NCBI GenBank assembly: GCA_036172245.1
Contig: JAYWIR010000001.1
Span: forward strand, 186,001-250,000
From: Raillietiella orientalis
Lineage: Eukaryota
Direction of reading: 5' to 3'
DNA: 64,000 nt
A program made the position numbers and the translations under genes. Shown here piece by piece: positions 11,705 through 24,846 of the stretch. Under the pieces are notes generated by a model, which made no database searches, had not been told where the DNA came from, and saw only the letters and a program-made list of their open reading frames with translations. Numbering within the stretch: the first letter of the stretch is position 1; each line of letters opens with the position of its first letter.

Positions 11705-14700
11705 GTCCTCCGAGGAAGACGTCCGAGGTCGAGAAGTATTTCATCCTTCTGGAAGGAGGGAGCACGAACCTCCCTTGCCCGGTTGACGGCAACCCCCATC
11801 CTATAATCACGTGGTACAAGGTTGTAAGCGCGCGAAGCAAGGGCGTTCTTATTCAGCCCTCCCCGTTGCCCCCTTTCCTCCCGGCAGAATGGGAACATCG
11901 TGCCCGCCCACCTCCGGTACAAGCAGACCAAGCGAGGCCTGAAGATCGCGGAACTGGAACCCGAGGATTCGGGAGTGTACACGTGCAAAGCCGTCAACGG
12001 GTTCGGGTCCGCAGAGATGGTCGTGGAGCTGAAGGTGATAGGTGAGCGAAGGAAGGAGGAAGGGGAGGGGAGGGGTGCGTGCCATTTTGGGGAAAAGACA
12101 GAAAACCTTCCAGAGAACCAGTACGTGAACAAGGACAGCAAGGAGCGCCTGAGGAAGCCGACGCTCGTCCACGTGAGCCCCAGCGACAGCGCAGAAATGG
12201 AAAAGACCGTTGGCTCTTCCGTGCGCTTCCAGTGCCTCACTGACGGGTTCCCGCAGCCCAAGGTCTTCTGGTACAAGGTAAAGCAGCTATGCCTCCGCGA
12301 AAAAGCGGGTGCACTGCACCGTTGCGAAGGATGGAGAAGAGATTTTGAAGCCTATCGATGACCGCCCCTGGAGCCAAGGAACTTCGAAGCCCTTCGATGA
12401 CCGTCCCTGGAGCCAAGGAACCTTCCTCATCAACTACCTCAGTCCCAAGGACTCCGGGAACTACACGTGCAGAGCAGTCAACCTTCTGGGAGAGGTTTCC
12501 TCCAGCTTCAATCTGACAGTGTCAGGTACTCTAAAGGGTGAAACAAGCGATGGTGACCGCCGCTCATCCGAACGCGAACCGGGGGTTCTGCTCGCGCTCG
12601 CCCCTTTCCTGCGGCGCGCGAGGGAGCGAGCGAGCATGGGGGGTTTGCCGATGTCCTAATGGTCGTCGTCTCCCCCTGCGATCCGCTTCATAGTGGTGGT
12701 GCGGGCAACGCTGAGCAGCCTCCAGCTCTTCAGGTCTTCTCCCGTTTCCGCTTCCCGACCTCAGGTGGACTGCCTTCCACCCGAGTTCAACCGCGATCGG
12801 TGTCCGTCGAGGCGAGCACATCTCTCCCTCTGAGGGTCGGATCGCAGCTGTTTCGCGGAGGTTGAGCCGCGTCTGGTTTAAGAAGAGAGCTGCTGACTCG
12901 CGCGCGCGATCCTGGCACCTTTGAACTGCAGGCGGGTGCCAGGGTCCGCTGAGGGCGCGCATCCGGATGCTCGAAGGATTTTGAGGAAAGGTGTGGAGCG
13001 GATTTCTTCTTCCGGGTCGCTCAACCCTCCCGGTCCTTTCGGCGTTTCCTCGCACCCGCGTGGTTCGCCGCTCCCCTGGCGGAGAGGAAAGGGAAACTGC
13101 GGCGGCAGCGGAGATTCGACCTGTGCGCGCGCTCGGTCGCTCGAATCTGCGCCGTCTTCCCTGAAGAAGGTCTCAGAGCGAGGGAAGCAAGAAGAGCTGC
13201 AGGACTCCTCTCTTTTCCAACAACAACAGGAATGTTCTCGAAAAACATTGCATTCAACCGGGCACGCTGCCGTCGCCGTGTCTTTTGCTGTTTCAGGAGC
13301 TCCGCCGTTCCTCGCGATTGCTGGACGTCGCATGGCTTCTTCTCTCTTTTTTTGCGTTTTTTCCTTCTTCCGAACGGATCCAGCAGCGCATCTCGTCCGC
13401 TACAGCGAGGGGGACTTCATATATCATTACTTTTTATCGCTCCTGCCAAAAAATCTCTGCCGGCGCGTTTGGGGGCCGCTGCGAACGAGCTGCCGCGTCT
13501 CGGTCGGAATCCCCAGTTGTCGTCGCGCGCCACGTGTGCAGAAAAGATCGCACGGGTGGCCTTTTGGTGATTCTCTCTCTCTCTCCTCCCATCTCCATCC
13601 TCAGTTTCTGTCCAAAACTGCTCTCCCTTCGCAGCATCCGCGATCCAACAGCGGAGTAGAAGGCCGGCAGAGATCAGCTCGAAGCCGTCGCCTGCCCTTT
13701 TCCTTTCCGAAGTTCACCCGAAGGCGTGCAAAGTGGGAGGAAGCGAACTCCGCCACCGTTGCTGGTGTTCCATTCTTGCAGATTCACCTTAATCTTCTTC
13801 GGATGCGGCGGCCTCCCCGCGTGCACGGCATCGAACGTCGCGGGTTCGAGCCCCGCCCGGGGAAGGCGAGAACGAAAGGTGCGTCATGGGACTCCGTGTC
13901 CTTCCCGCAGGGTGGCGCTGGCTGGCCTGCAAGCTTCGGGTGGGGGGGAGGGGGCACTGGCGGGAGTCTGGACGGCCTCGTCGTCTGGACGGGATTGGGA
14001 GTTGACCCTTCGGGAGGTTCTTGAACGACATCAAGGAGCCGGTTACCTCCCTAGCGTGAGAGGAACGGACTGCTTGTCCTCTCGACCCTTCCTCGATTCA
14101 TGAGGTGGTCTTTTGGGGGTTGTCCCCTGAATCGAAGAGTTACACGCACCCTTGAGTGGCGCTACCAGTGTGCTAGAGGTGGACAGGGAGCGTCCTTCTT
14201 CAGTGCTTGGTGTGTCAGAGTGTGGGTGTACATGCACACGCGGTCTTGTTTCGATTTTGAGTGCACGCAGTCGAGAGACGCACCTGCTTTCCGAGGAGGA
14301 TTCGGCCTCAGCATCGTGCGCAGGAGATCATTTCGGGATTCGGTTTTTCGGAAACGGCCAGTCATCATGGAGATCCGTCCGTGAGTTTAGATTGCTCCTT
14401 GCGCGGTTTGTGTTGTCCGCCGGGCACTCGCATGCGCCACGAAATTCCCTAATGGCACCCCCCGCTTTGAGGAGCTGCCTCTCGCATCTTCCGATCGTCT
14501 CGCCACGGGCAGCAACCGGCTGCTGGCCCATGGTCATCGCAAATCGTATCCGGGGAGACGAGGGATTCGTCCCGCCCTGTGAGAGGTTCGGGATTTCGTG
14601 CGTCTCCTACCTCAAGAGGAGGTCGCAGTTCCCCCTCCTTTCCAGGTGAGGGAGCTGCGAAAGCGGGCTCTGGGAACGCGGAAGTCGGCCGCTTGCTGCT

Positions 14701-17700
14701 CGCCCTCGGCGCGATGACCGTGCCCGAAGAGCGGGTTGCCTGCCTCTCGTTCTCAGATCACTTTCGCGCTTTCCTCGCTCGGCGTCCGCCGCGTCCGGTC
14801 CCTCGAGAGCGAGGAAGGCGTGTGGCCTTTTGTCCTTCCATTGGCGCGCTCCCCCCCGTTCGGAACCCCCTCCGGCGAAGGTCATTGAGATGCCTTCAAA
14901 GACAAGCGCGCGCGCGACGGCGTAGGGGGAGCTGCCAGCATCTACAGGCGTCCGCGACCGAGCCCCCAGACCTTCCCGGAGTCCGTGTCGATCATTGCGC
15001 GGGCGAAGACAACGGGGAAAGAGAAAAAGAAAAATTGAACTGAAAGGACTGGGAATTGGGCCGAACCCTTTCGCGGAGGAGAGTCCTGACGAGTTTCCAC
15101 CTACGCGAAAGTGTCGCGCGCCGCTCCAGTTGCGATCCTCCCCGAGAAGACGCGGCGAGAGGAGGGGCAGCCTCCTTGGATGCCGGCGTCAGGACCTGCT
15201 GCTGGCTGCTGCTGCTGCTAATTCGAAAACTCCGTCCAGAACTCGGCAAGAGGGCGGAGTCCGCGAGGCGCGGAGTGACGCAAGCGAAAATCGACCCACC
15301 CGCCCGGGTTCCTTCCGGACGGAGGAGAAGAGGAGGCCGGGAACACGGACGCTGGCAGCCATGACATCGCGCCTCTCAGCAGCCGAATGGCCCGAATTTG
15401 CAATCTCTCCCCCTCCCCTCCCCACCTCCTTCATGGATTTTCGCTTACAGCGAAATTCCGACTTGGGTGCCGCTGAATTCCAGTCTTGTCGCAGTCAGAT
15501 TCTTTTCCCTACACGGAAGCAACTTGAATTTCATTACTCGCGCGGGACCGTCATCTATTTTGCTGAACCCATCTACTTTCCTGGACTGCGAAAGCACGAG
15601 TGGTACCTCGTCGGTGATTCGTTCCTCAACTCGTGACGAGTGCCGAAATCGACGAGTACCGAACGGGTTCCTTTTCTGGGCTTCGTGATATTTTTAACCA
15701 TTTTAGGAACCACGATTAACGCTTAAAATGGACAGAAAGCACAAAGGGGCGGGGGGTGATGGAAGTGTTCGGCAGTGTCCGAGAGCTAGCACGAGACGAA
15801 AGCGTTTACTCGTCTCATCATGAGAGGGGCGTCGAGTTCCGAGCATGCGCCGAGTGTCGAAAGATTTTTTTTTTGTAGAAATGCGACGAGTACTGAGTTT
15901 GACGAGTTCCGACACCGACGAGTACAGAGGCACCACTGTATTGGCGGTTGTCTCGAGCCTTCGAAGTCCAGGAAAAAATAGATGAATTCAGGAAGGACGA
16001 TAGTCGCGTTCCTCAAGGCAGGAAGCTCCTTTCCGGACACTACTTCTGACCTGCACCTCGAGGTGTCATTTCCCTACCTTTCCGGTGCTTTCCATATGGA
16101 TTTTTCTTCTTTTTGAAATTCTCCTTACGGCAGAAGCCCGGAATTCCGCGGCGCGACCCCCTTCGCCGCTCCCATGAAGAACCACAGGGCTAAGAAGTCG
16201 GAACTTAGGTTTTCCTCGCTTCTCAGCTTACTTCTCAGCTGCTCTTTCGATCCCTGCCGGAGTCGCCTCGCAGAGACCTCGAGCGGAAGAGGCGCGTCTG
16301 CTGGCATTCGTTCGTCCGGTCTTCCCGATGCCGTCGCCTGGATTCAGTCGCATCTCTGCGCCTTCCTCAGCTTTGGCCGGAGGAACCACCAGGACCACCG
16401 TTCCGCTTCGTTTGCACGCATCCGTGCGTCGAGGGTGCAGCGTCGCCAACTTCCCAAGCGCGCTTGCCCTCCCTTTCCCCCTCTCCCCTCCCCGAATGCT
16501 TCCGACAGAAGGACTGCTGAAGTCGGTTTCGACGTCCGCTTTCTTCGCGCGCGTATCCGGACGGCTTGAGCAAAAAGAAAGACGCACACACAGTCCCCCA
16601 CCCCACCCCTCCTGCATCGACCTGTTGGGTTAGGGGGCTTGATTTTCATCTTTCGTCGTTGTCGGATTTGCGCTGTTGTTGTTTTTTTTGCGCATTACCC
16701 ACCGACCGTCCTGCCCGTCTCGAGGCGAGGCGTCAGCGAAAAATCTCCAAGGATACACGGTAATACATGGTAGCGATCTCATGATGCAGAAATGAATTGC
16801 ATATCCTCCGAGCGATGCGTCTCGTGGATACACCTCCTCTCGCGGGCAGCACTCGTTCTTCTTCCTCGGACGCTTTCGTGCGCCGACTTCGTTCCGCAAA
16901 GGGTCGCACGGCGTGACCCGAGACGCGACAGCCACGCGAGGAATGTCGCCCGGCTCGCGCGGTTTCGGCACGCGGCACGCGGGTGATACTTGCACGGGAG
17001 GCTGGCCGGCGGCGCGCATCGCCACGCAAACAACATCTCCGTTACGGAAGCGCTTTTTTCTGGCCGTTACCACCGGCGACGTTTCCTCCCGTCTCCGGGG
17101 CGACTCCGGCGACTTTCCCGCGAGCGCGAAGCCTCTCTTCGACGGAGCGGCGGCCGCGCGCGCGTCAGAAGGCCCCGTGGAGAGCGAACGAGGACGGAAA
17201 ATTCCTGCCCCGCCCCCGCGACGTGGCGGATCCCGGAGGCGAGCGAGCGAGCGAGCGCGTGCGAACTTTCGATCCGGTCGGCGTCCGTCCGCACCGCCTC
17301 ATCTTCCGAAACGCGCGTGCGCAGCGCTTCGGGAGCAGCGTAGCCGTCGCGCGGGCTCGCGTTGGGACTCGCACGGCGGTGGTGTATGCGTGTGAATGTG
17401 TGTGTGTGTGTGTTTGTGGAATCGTTGTTGTGGCGAAACTCCGTTTCCCCGCTCTTGCCTAGCGAACCGGGATGCGCGAGTTGACCGCAGTCACGTGCGT
17501 GGTCAACTCGCTGGCAATTTTTCCTCCGCGCCTCCGGTCGCCATGAGAACGCCACAACCCCTGCTCTACCGAATAGAGAGCTGTAGGTTGGTTGCTGTCA
17601 GCCTTCGGGCCGAAGGGGACTCCTGCACGAAGTTCCCGAGCCTCGCGGGTGGGGAAGCTGCGCGCACCATGGCAACGGTCCGTTTCCCCACCACGGGAAC

Positions 17701-20700
17701 CGTCGCGAAAGGTCGAGGGAACTGAAGAAAGGAGACGCGGCGCGGCGCGTGCGCTCTTCGAAGAACCTCCAGAGAGCGCGATGCGACGTTGGCGAAAGCA
17801 GGCGGGGTGCCTGCGTTGGCGGCCGCGCGGTGCCGAGCGGTCGCGGGTTCCAATCCCGTCCGGGGAAGGGGCGATGCCGAGAATGGGTGGTGGTGCGTCA
17901 CGGGTTTCGAGTCTACCCGCAAGATGACGCTGGCTGTCCCTCGATTGACTTCGGGCTGCGGCGGCACTGGCGAGCGCCAGGACGCCCCTGTTCACTGGCT
18001 GACGGGATCGGAAGCTGAATCCTCGGGGATCCTTGCAGGACATCAAGGGATCCCTTCGAGGTTCCCCTTTGGTTGTGAAAATGGAGCCGTTGCCATGGAG
18101 CTGGTTGGCACCCCTCTCAGGAGGTCGCCTCGCCGGAGTGTCAAAAGGGCGCTGCTCCCTTCCGAGTTCTCTTCAAGGGAGGAAGCGACGAGCGGACCCT
18201 TTCCAGGGAGGCAACCGGGACGGGGCTTCACTTCCGGGTTCCCTCCCAATCGTGAGAGGAGCAGAGTTTCCGCCCTCTGGAGCTTTCCTGGATTCACAGG
18301 ATGGTCCCTCATGGGTTGCCCCCTATAGCTTGAAGAGTTGACGCGCGCACCCCCGGATGGCGCGGGTAGCGTCACAGAGCTCTTTGCCTTTGCGGAAGCG
18401 GATAGGCCCGCATCGGGTCCAGAGGGAAGGAGAGGAAGAGAAGATGCGGGTCCTCGAGAAGTGGAAGGTACGAGATACTCCGGTGCGAGGCAGTAGCAGC
18501 TTTGCTCTGGCGGAGGGAGCTGAGGGAATTCCCCGTGGAAGACCCTTCCTCCGCTCTTTCGCCTCTGGCAGAAGGGGTTGAGGCCGCTGAGCTGAGGGGA
18601 ACCGGGGGGGGGGGTCTGACCCCCGCAGATGCTGACTGAGACTGCCCGAGGCGAGAGCCGCGGCCCCGTGCGGACCGTTCCTCCCTCCAGGAGAGAGGTG
18701 CGCAAAGTAGCTTGGGGACGTGGGCACCCTGCGGGCGTTTGTCCAACCCGGTCAAGCGCTGACTGGCCGTTTCTTGAACGGGCGGCGCCGTCCCGGGGCT
18801 CGGGAGAAAGGACACTCTCCCTGAGGACACCCCCCCGCGCGCAGCAATCCGGCAGCAGCGTTTTTCCCGAGGAGGGTCGCTCCAGGCCAGTGGGCCCTCG
18901 ACGGAAGGAGTGGTCGGATCCCGACGGACGCCTCAAAGCCTCGGAGGAGGCGGACGCCATCAGAACGATCCGGAAGGGCGAAGAGGAGGTCACGCGAGGA
19001 TAAATCTCCTGTGACATGGAAACGTATCGAATCCGGAGAACAGAAGGGATGGGGTGGGGGTGGGACATTCCAAAGGCGTCATGTCGAAGAACGGAAGCCA
19101 AGAGGGCAGGAAGACAAAGAGGGCTTTGGAGTCGTGAAGACATTCCGGGTGACCCGAGTGTCTCCGCGTCTCCCGTGGCTGCGCTTCGGTGCTGGGCCGA
19201 CCTGGCAAGGGGGGACCGTGACCTCAGGACGCAGTATCGCGCGCGCGTCCCGGAGCCTGGGCACTTCCTTCCGGCATACGGAAAGGAGCCGTGGCGGCTT
19301 CCGTCCTTCCTCCCCGGCGACGCCCGCCGCGGACGACGAGACCTGCCGGGAATCCCGCGTCGGTGGTTTCGAGGCTCCCCCAGAGAGGGCTCCGCTCGCT
19401 CGCTTGCCGCCGCCTCCGCCTGCCAGCTCCTGCGGAGGACGGCGGCGCGGTTCAGGCGGGAGGTTGTCACGGCTCGTCTTCGGGTCGTGCGATTTTCCGG
19501 ATGAGAATCGGGGCTTCTCGGAGGACATCAATTCAGCCCGAAGGAGCACGAGGGCTGACAGTTCCGGCTTTCGTGCGGGAAGACAGGCGCGACGTGCGGC
19601 AGCGCAGGCGGAGGAGGGGGGGTGGGGAGTCGAAACGGGAGAATTTCCGATGGGAAGGAGGTTTTTTCGCTCGCACTGCCGACCTCCGCGCGGCGGCGGC
19701 AGCACGAGTTCAGTTAGCCGCCGGACACTTCCCCTCTTCCCTTCTCTCTCTCATTTCTATTCTCTTCTTCCAGGAGGCTCCTTCGTGAAGCCCGAGTTGG
19801 TGGAAGTCCAGCCCGCGAACAGCTCCCTGACCGAAGGCGAGTCCGTCTCCCTGCAGTGCAAAGTGAGGAGCGCCAACCCTCCTCACGTGCAGGTGAGTCT
19901 CCCGCGCGAGGCTTCCCCAAGGGGTTGCTGGGGAACCGCCGGTGGCGCTGGGGAAAGCGAAGCTCGAGCACCGCTGCACTTACTTTCTCCCTGCTCCCCC
20001 ACCCCGTCCGCTTTCGCTCACAGCGCGCGCGTGCAAGTTCGGCCGGGAAGTGGCCCCCGCCTTCCGACCGTCGCGTAGCAACGGCGGGCGTGCTGCGTGT
20101 CGCGAAACTGCCCGGCTCCAAGGCGGGGCTCCCTTTCGCTCCAGGGAACGAGCTCGAGAGCAGCCCGCAGGGACCCCTCCCTCCCCTCTGGAGGAGGTCG
20201 CCCGCCCGGCAAGATGGCGGCCCAGCAAGCGCGGCGCGGACCCGCTCTTTCGCGGCCCCTCTTCCCCCGAGACTGCTCGTCGCGCACTCGGGTGCTCCGC
20301 AGGGATGAGGCCAGGACGTATCCCGGTACCTCCCGGCAGTCCGCGGCGCGCACTCCCGCTCCGAGGTCCCCGGAAGAACGCCGCAAGCGCATCCCTGCTC
20401 CCAGAGGGAGGGTAAGGGGCAGGGGTCCCTTCATCCGTTTCCTTGCGCCCTGGCTCCGCGGGTAGGAGGAGCAGCAGGGATTCGGGCGAGGACCCCCTCA
20501 GGCACGGCCTCGGGAAGCGGGAGCGACCTCGTCTCACCGACTGTCCCCTCGGGAGCTGCCACAGAGCGAAGCCGCCGCCCCTACGGGAAGGAGAGGCGTT
20601 CAGTGGAGGGAGCGCGGGAGCCCCCTTTGCCCCCCTACTTCCCCCTTCGGCCGCTTAGCCCCGTCCGCATCGGCGGTGCCCCCTCGCGGAGGCTCCGTGG

Positions 20701-23700
20701 CGAAGGGAAGGACGTCCCTCCCAGACTAAGGCGCGCCCCTCGGGGAAGGGAAGGAGCGCCCTGCTCCGAGTGCTGGCCGCTTAACCTGAAGTCGAGGGGA
20801 AAGCGTCGAGGGGCGTCTCTTCGCCCTCCCTGCGCCGGAAAGCTGGGGCGGGGGAGGCGTCGAGGGCGCGCTCGCGCCGTAGAAACCCGACCTGAGAGAG
20901 CGCGGCCTGGTGCGGAGCACCGGCTGTCACGAGAGCTCCCGTGCGCCCTGGGACCCGCTGGTTTCGTTTACGTCCTTCCCGTGTTTACGGCTGCCTCCTC
21001 CCGGCTCGCGAGGGGGTAGCAGGGCGGGTGGGGGGTGGACGGGGACTGCAGGGCGCGCATGAGGGAGGCAGCGCCGCCGATCGCGAACTCCGGGGATCCC
21101 CGGGGAAGATCCGTGTTTATCCCGAGGTTACGATCCTCCTGAAAGACAGATTGCCTCTGCGAGAGGAGGAAGCGCGCTCGGAGGGCCTTCGAGGATTTGC
21201 GCTTGGCGGTTTCTTGGCAAGCGAGGGCGGAGGGGGAGTGGGTGCGGTGTCACCCACCCTCCCTGAGGTCCCTGCGGAGCGTCTAGACCGAAGGGAGGAA
21301 GATGAGACGGATATCGGCGGCGGCCCTGTGCTTCGGACTGGATCCGCGCCAAGAGCTGTTGGCTCACTCGGTATGAGGAAGAAACGGGACGCGAAGGGGA
21401 CATTTTTTGCGTGAATGGGGGGGGGGGGAATGTGGAGCATCTATTGCCGATGCGAAGAACCAGCAACGAACCTACGGGCGTTCTCGCGAGCACCGGAAAC
21501 CGCGTTTCCGTCGTGAAAGTTCGCCGGCACCTCACCAGAAGAGGAAGAAGAAAAAGAAAACGACGGCGATGCGAAAGTGCTGCTGATGAGAACGTAGCGA
21601 AGAGTAGAAGAGGAAGGGGGAGGGAATGCTTGGGTTTGTCGGAAATTAGTAAAGGGACCTCCCGCGAGATGACACTGGGAGACCGCACCTCGCGCTCACC
21701 ATCGTTCCGTTAAGTGCAGCGTTACTCCAGGTCTCTGTCTCTGTCTCTCTCTTGACTGGGAACGTGGCAGCAGCATGCCTTCCCTCTCCATGCTGTGCGA
21801 GCGTTCGAAAGAAAAATAAACATCACTGGTTACTCTGGGACTCACGACTTTCGGTTAGTTTCAAGCAGCTCGCTCCCTGTTTCCATTCCGGGGGGAACTG
21901 CTTCACCTTTCCTGGGTTGCCTGCACTGCCAGCGCTTCCTGTTTTTTTCCTCCCGTGTTTCCCTGGCGAACTCCCGGTCCTTGGAGCCAGTACGAACGTC
22001 GAAAAAAGGCGACTCTGGTCCGAAGGACTTCCCTCCCTCTCAAGATTCGCATCATTCTAGCGCAGGGTGGCATGCAGAGGACCAGCTTTCCAGGTCTTTC
22101 TTTTCTTTTTACATCCCCGGGACTGCTGCTGAGTGCTTGGCAGCGCCGCGAGAACTCCGGAACGGACGAACGAACGGACGTCGGAAGAACCGCGAAGCGC
22201 CAGAGTCCTCCTTTCGGCGCGAGGGAACGCAGCAGTCACCCAACAGCGGCACGCTTGGCGTTCGGCACGGGAAGTCCTCCTCCTCCGCTGATGCCGCGTG
22301 CCCGTGGGGCGAAGGCGGGGGCTGCCTGGGAAGTAGGGCGGCCTGCGGGAAAAGCCGGAAGCGCCCTCTGAGGTGTTTCAATCCGCTCCCCCAAGGAGCA
22401 GTCTGGTGTTGCAGAACCCTTCAACCGAGCAAGGAAGGGCGAAAACACGCAGAGCGAGAGAGGCGCCGCTGCCGGTGGAACCCGAGCGAAGACGTGGCTT
22501 CGGATTGAGGTTCTTGCAGGGAAGTCTTCGCGGCTCCAAAGTCCTCTCCCCCCCTGCCCTCTCGGCTGGTCGGCGTGCCCATACCGCGACGGTCTCGTAA
22601 GGGAAGTTTTTTGCAGAGGGTGCAGCGGAAGACGCGGGGGCGGTTGAGAATAAGCGGCACCGGCACGAGTAGCCTGGAAGTCGGCTGGTGATTGCTGGCG
22701 GCACTCTGCAATTCGTCGGGACGGTGCCAGGCAGCGCGTTGCCGTTAGAAGCTGGGACGCCTCGCTTTTCATGATCCCCGTCCTGCTCCCTCCCGCACAT
22801 CACAGGCAAGGCAAGTGGGAGGGTGGCTCCTCGTCTGGCTGGAGTGCTCTCCGAAGTCCGCAGGCGACCCTGTGGACTTGGTAGCGGGAAAGGAAGCAGA
22901 GAGCGGATTCGATCCGTCACGACAAAGAGGACGCAGCTTCATCCGGACAGCGGCAGCAAGGCAGGGCGTGGTTTCACACCCAGTGACGCCGTGGTTTATT
23001 ATAAAAATGCGAAACATGCCGATGTAGGGCCGTGAGCCCTACAACGTTCGTCCGAACATCAGCGTGCAGGTCGCTCGGAACCTGGCGAGTGACCTGCACG
23101 CAGACCGTCGAGGTTCGCCTGGGTTGGCGGAGGGGGGGAGGGATCCCTATCCGCTGGAGGGCGTTCTCTGCATCCTTTCCAGGATGCCGGCAAGTCCCAT
23201 CCGAGTGTGCCCCAGGTGGGGCCATCTAGCTGACGTCCGCAGGAAGCGCACGGCAAAGCAGATGGCGTCCCCATCGCGCCGTCCACCTCTCGCGTAGGCA
23301 GCAAAGAGCTGTTAGGGATGCGAAAGGGCTCTGCGCACGAAGAGGCGCTTCGTCACGTCCCCGGGATCGTCCGTCGGTGCACGAAGGGCCGTCGCGTAAC
23401 GCAATTACAGGGGCCGGAGGGCAACGCAACGGACAAGCAGCTGGGATTCCCGTACCCCGCACCTGCAACAGTTGAGGTCCACAGCTTCCCGGGTCCAGTG
23501 AGACCGGCGGGCGTTGCACGGGATACCCCAGTGCAACAACACAAGTGCCGACTCCTGCCACTTCAGGGGGAGGACCCGATTGTTCTTCAGAGCTGGGGGC
23601 CACTCAAGGTGTTCCTGTGGGATTTCCAGCAGCTCACCCAAGAGCAATAGTCCCTTCGATGGGGCACTTGGAGTCGCAGCATCCGTGAGGTGGTCCTGGT

Positions 23701-24846
23701 CCAACCACCTAATCCCTTAGTCCAAAGATCCATTTTGCAAGTGACTTTCCATTTGGCCTATGGGGCGTGGCGGTTGATCAGGAAACATCCGCGCGGGGGA
23801 GTCCCCTCCCTTCCCCATCCTTTGAAGCGCGGCGCAGGTTCTCTTCGCCTCCCCTCCCGCCCGGAATCTGCGTCTTTTGCTTCCGCGACCCGGAAGTCCA
23901 CCCTCCTGAAACCATCCGCACCGAATAGCGGAGATGCTGTCTTTTTCGTCGGGCGCCACCGAGCGAGCGCGGGTGGTCCCGACGTGTTCCTCTCTCACCA
24001 TCCCCCCCTCTGTTCCCCGCTCCAGTGGCTACGGAGGATTGACCCGCTGGACACGACCATCAACCGGACTTTGTCGTTCGGCGGTTACTCTTTCACGCCG
24101 ATGGAGCTGACTACCCTGGCGGCCATCGAGTCCAACGTCTACCTGAACAAGCTGGAGCTGCCGAACCTGCAGCTGTCGGACAGCGGGGTTTACGTGTGCC
24201 TGGCCGCCAACTCCCACGGCTACGCCTACAGCCAGTCTCGGATCGAGGTCAGGAGGCAAGGTCGGACACCCCCTCCCCTTCTCCCGGCGTCTTGGGAATG
24301 GGCGTGTTGTTTGCAGACGTGGCGCGGTGGATGGGCCGGTTCGGCATCCCGACAGCCCTGCTCACCGTGATACCCATCCTCGGGGTGGTGCTCCTGGTGT
24401 TCCTGTTCACGTGGTTTGGCTACCAGCGGAGGAAGTCGGCCATCCTGAATGCCCGCTGCGGCAAGAAGCCGGAGGAGGCAGGTAGGAACGCCCCCGGGGA
24501 CCGCGAGAGCGGCCCGCCCCCTGCAGCTTTCCCCAGCAGCAGCGCCTCCTCCTCCGACCCCTACTCCGTCGCCAGACTCATGTGCCCGTCCCCCCCGGCG
24601 AGGACGGGATGCAAGTGCTCCCCGGAGCGCAGGCAGGACTCCACCGGGAGCTCCCTCTCCTACTACCACGAGTACTGCGACCCCCTCGAGCTGCCCTGCG
24701 GCAATCGCGTCTACCACCACCACCACGCCCCCGGCCGCTACGACCCCTGCGACAGATGCCTCAGCGAGAACATCGACCGGTCATCGGATCACTTTCAGCT
24801 GACCTACCCTCTGATCAGGGAATGCCCGAAGCGCGGGATCTCGTGA
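11705..24846 (+). CDS. FGFRL1: FGFRL1/nou-darake-like kinase-less FGF receptor, paralog A. Exons 11705-11820, 11888-12041, 12114-12277, 12330-12525, 19774-19892, 24026-24260, 24317-24846 (~504 aa; signal exon missing)
   Basis: All introns are GT-AG and the phases chain consistently (1-0-1-0-1-0-1) into one open frame ending TGA at 24844-24846. Ig1 GPP...CPVDGNPHPIITWYK/...DSGVYTCKAVNGFGS; Ig2 FQCLTDGFPQPKVFWYK/...DSGNYTCRAVN; Ig3 LQCKVRSANPPHVQ/WLRRI...YLNKL...CLAANSHGY. These match recalled FGFRL1 motifs (CKATNGFGS, QCKVRS, YLNKL). TM segment ALLTVIPILGVVLLVFLFTWFGY is followed by RRK, then a short tail with YYHEY and YHHHH and no kinase domain. Confidence 0.9.
13802..14175 (+). mobile_element. 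SINE-like copy, internally deleted, in an intron of paralog A
   Basis: GGGTTCGAGCCC at 13842; GGGATTGGGAGTTGAC; GAAGAGTTACACGCACCC. Confidence 0.65.
15598..15940. mobile_element. pogo/Tigger-type (Tc1-mariner) MITE
   Basis: Ends AGTGGTACCTCG and GAGGCACCACTG-TA, with repeated GACGAGT motifs inside. A related reverse-oriented end, TA-CAGTCGTACCTCGGAACTCGTCG, lies at 28621-28735. Confidence 0.65.
17816..18400 (+). mobile_element. SINE-like copy in an intron of paralog A
   Basis: GGGTTCCAATCCC at 17845 plus the full set of body motifs. Confidence 0.75.
23380..23720 (-). mobile_element. Decayed non-LTR retrotransposon C-terminal fragment (zf-RVT-like)
   Basis: LLHWGIPCNARRSHW...NCCRCGVRESQLLVRC resembles the LH..IP.N.R...C..C...ES..H...C zinc-knuckle region, with the His missing. 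Confidence 0.5.

Noticed and set aside
15600..15930. Repeated GACGAGT motifs as a CRISPR-like array
   Set aside because: Irregular spacing, short units and eukaryotic context; explained by the MITE.
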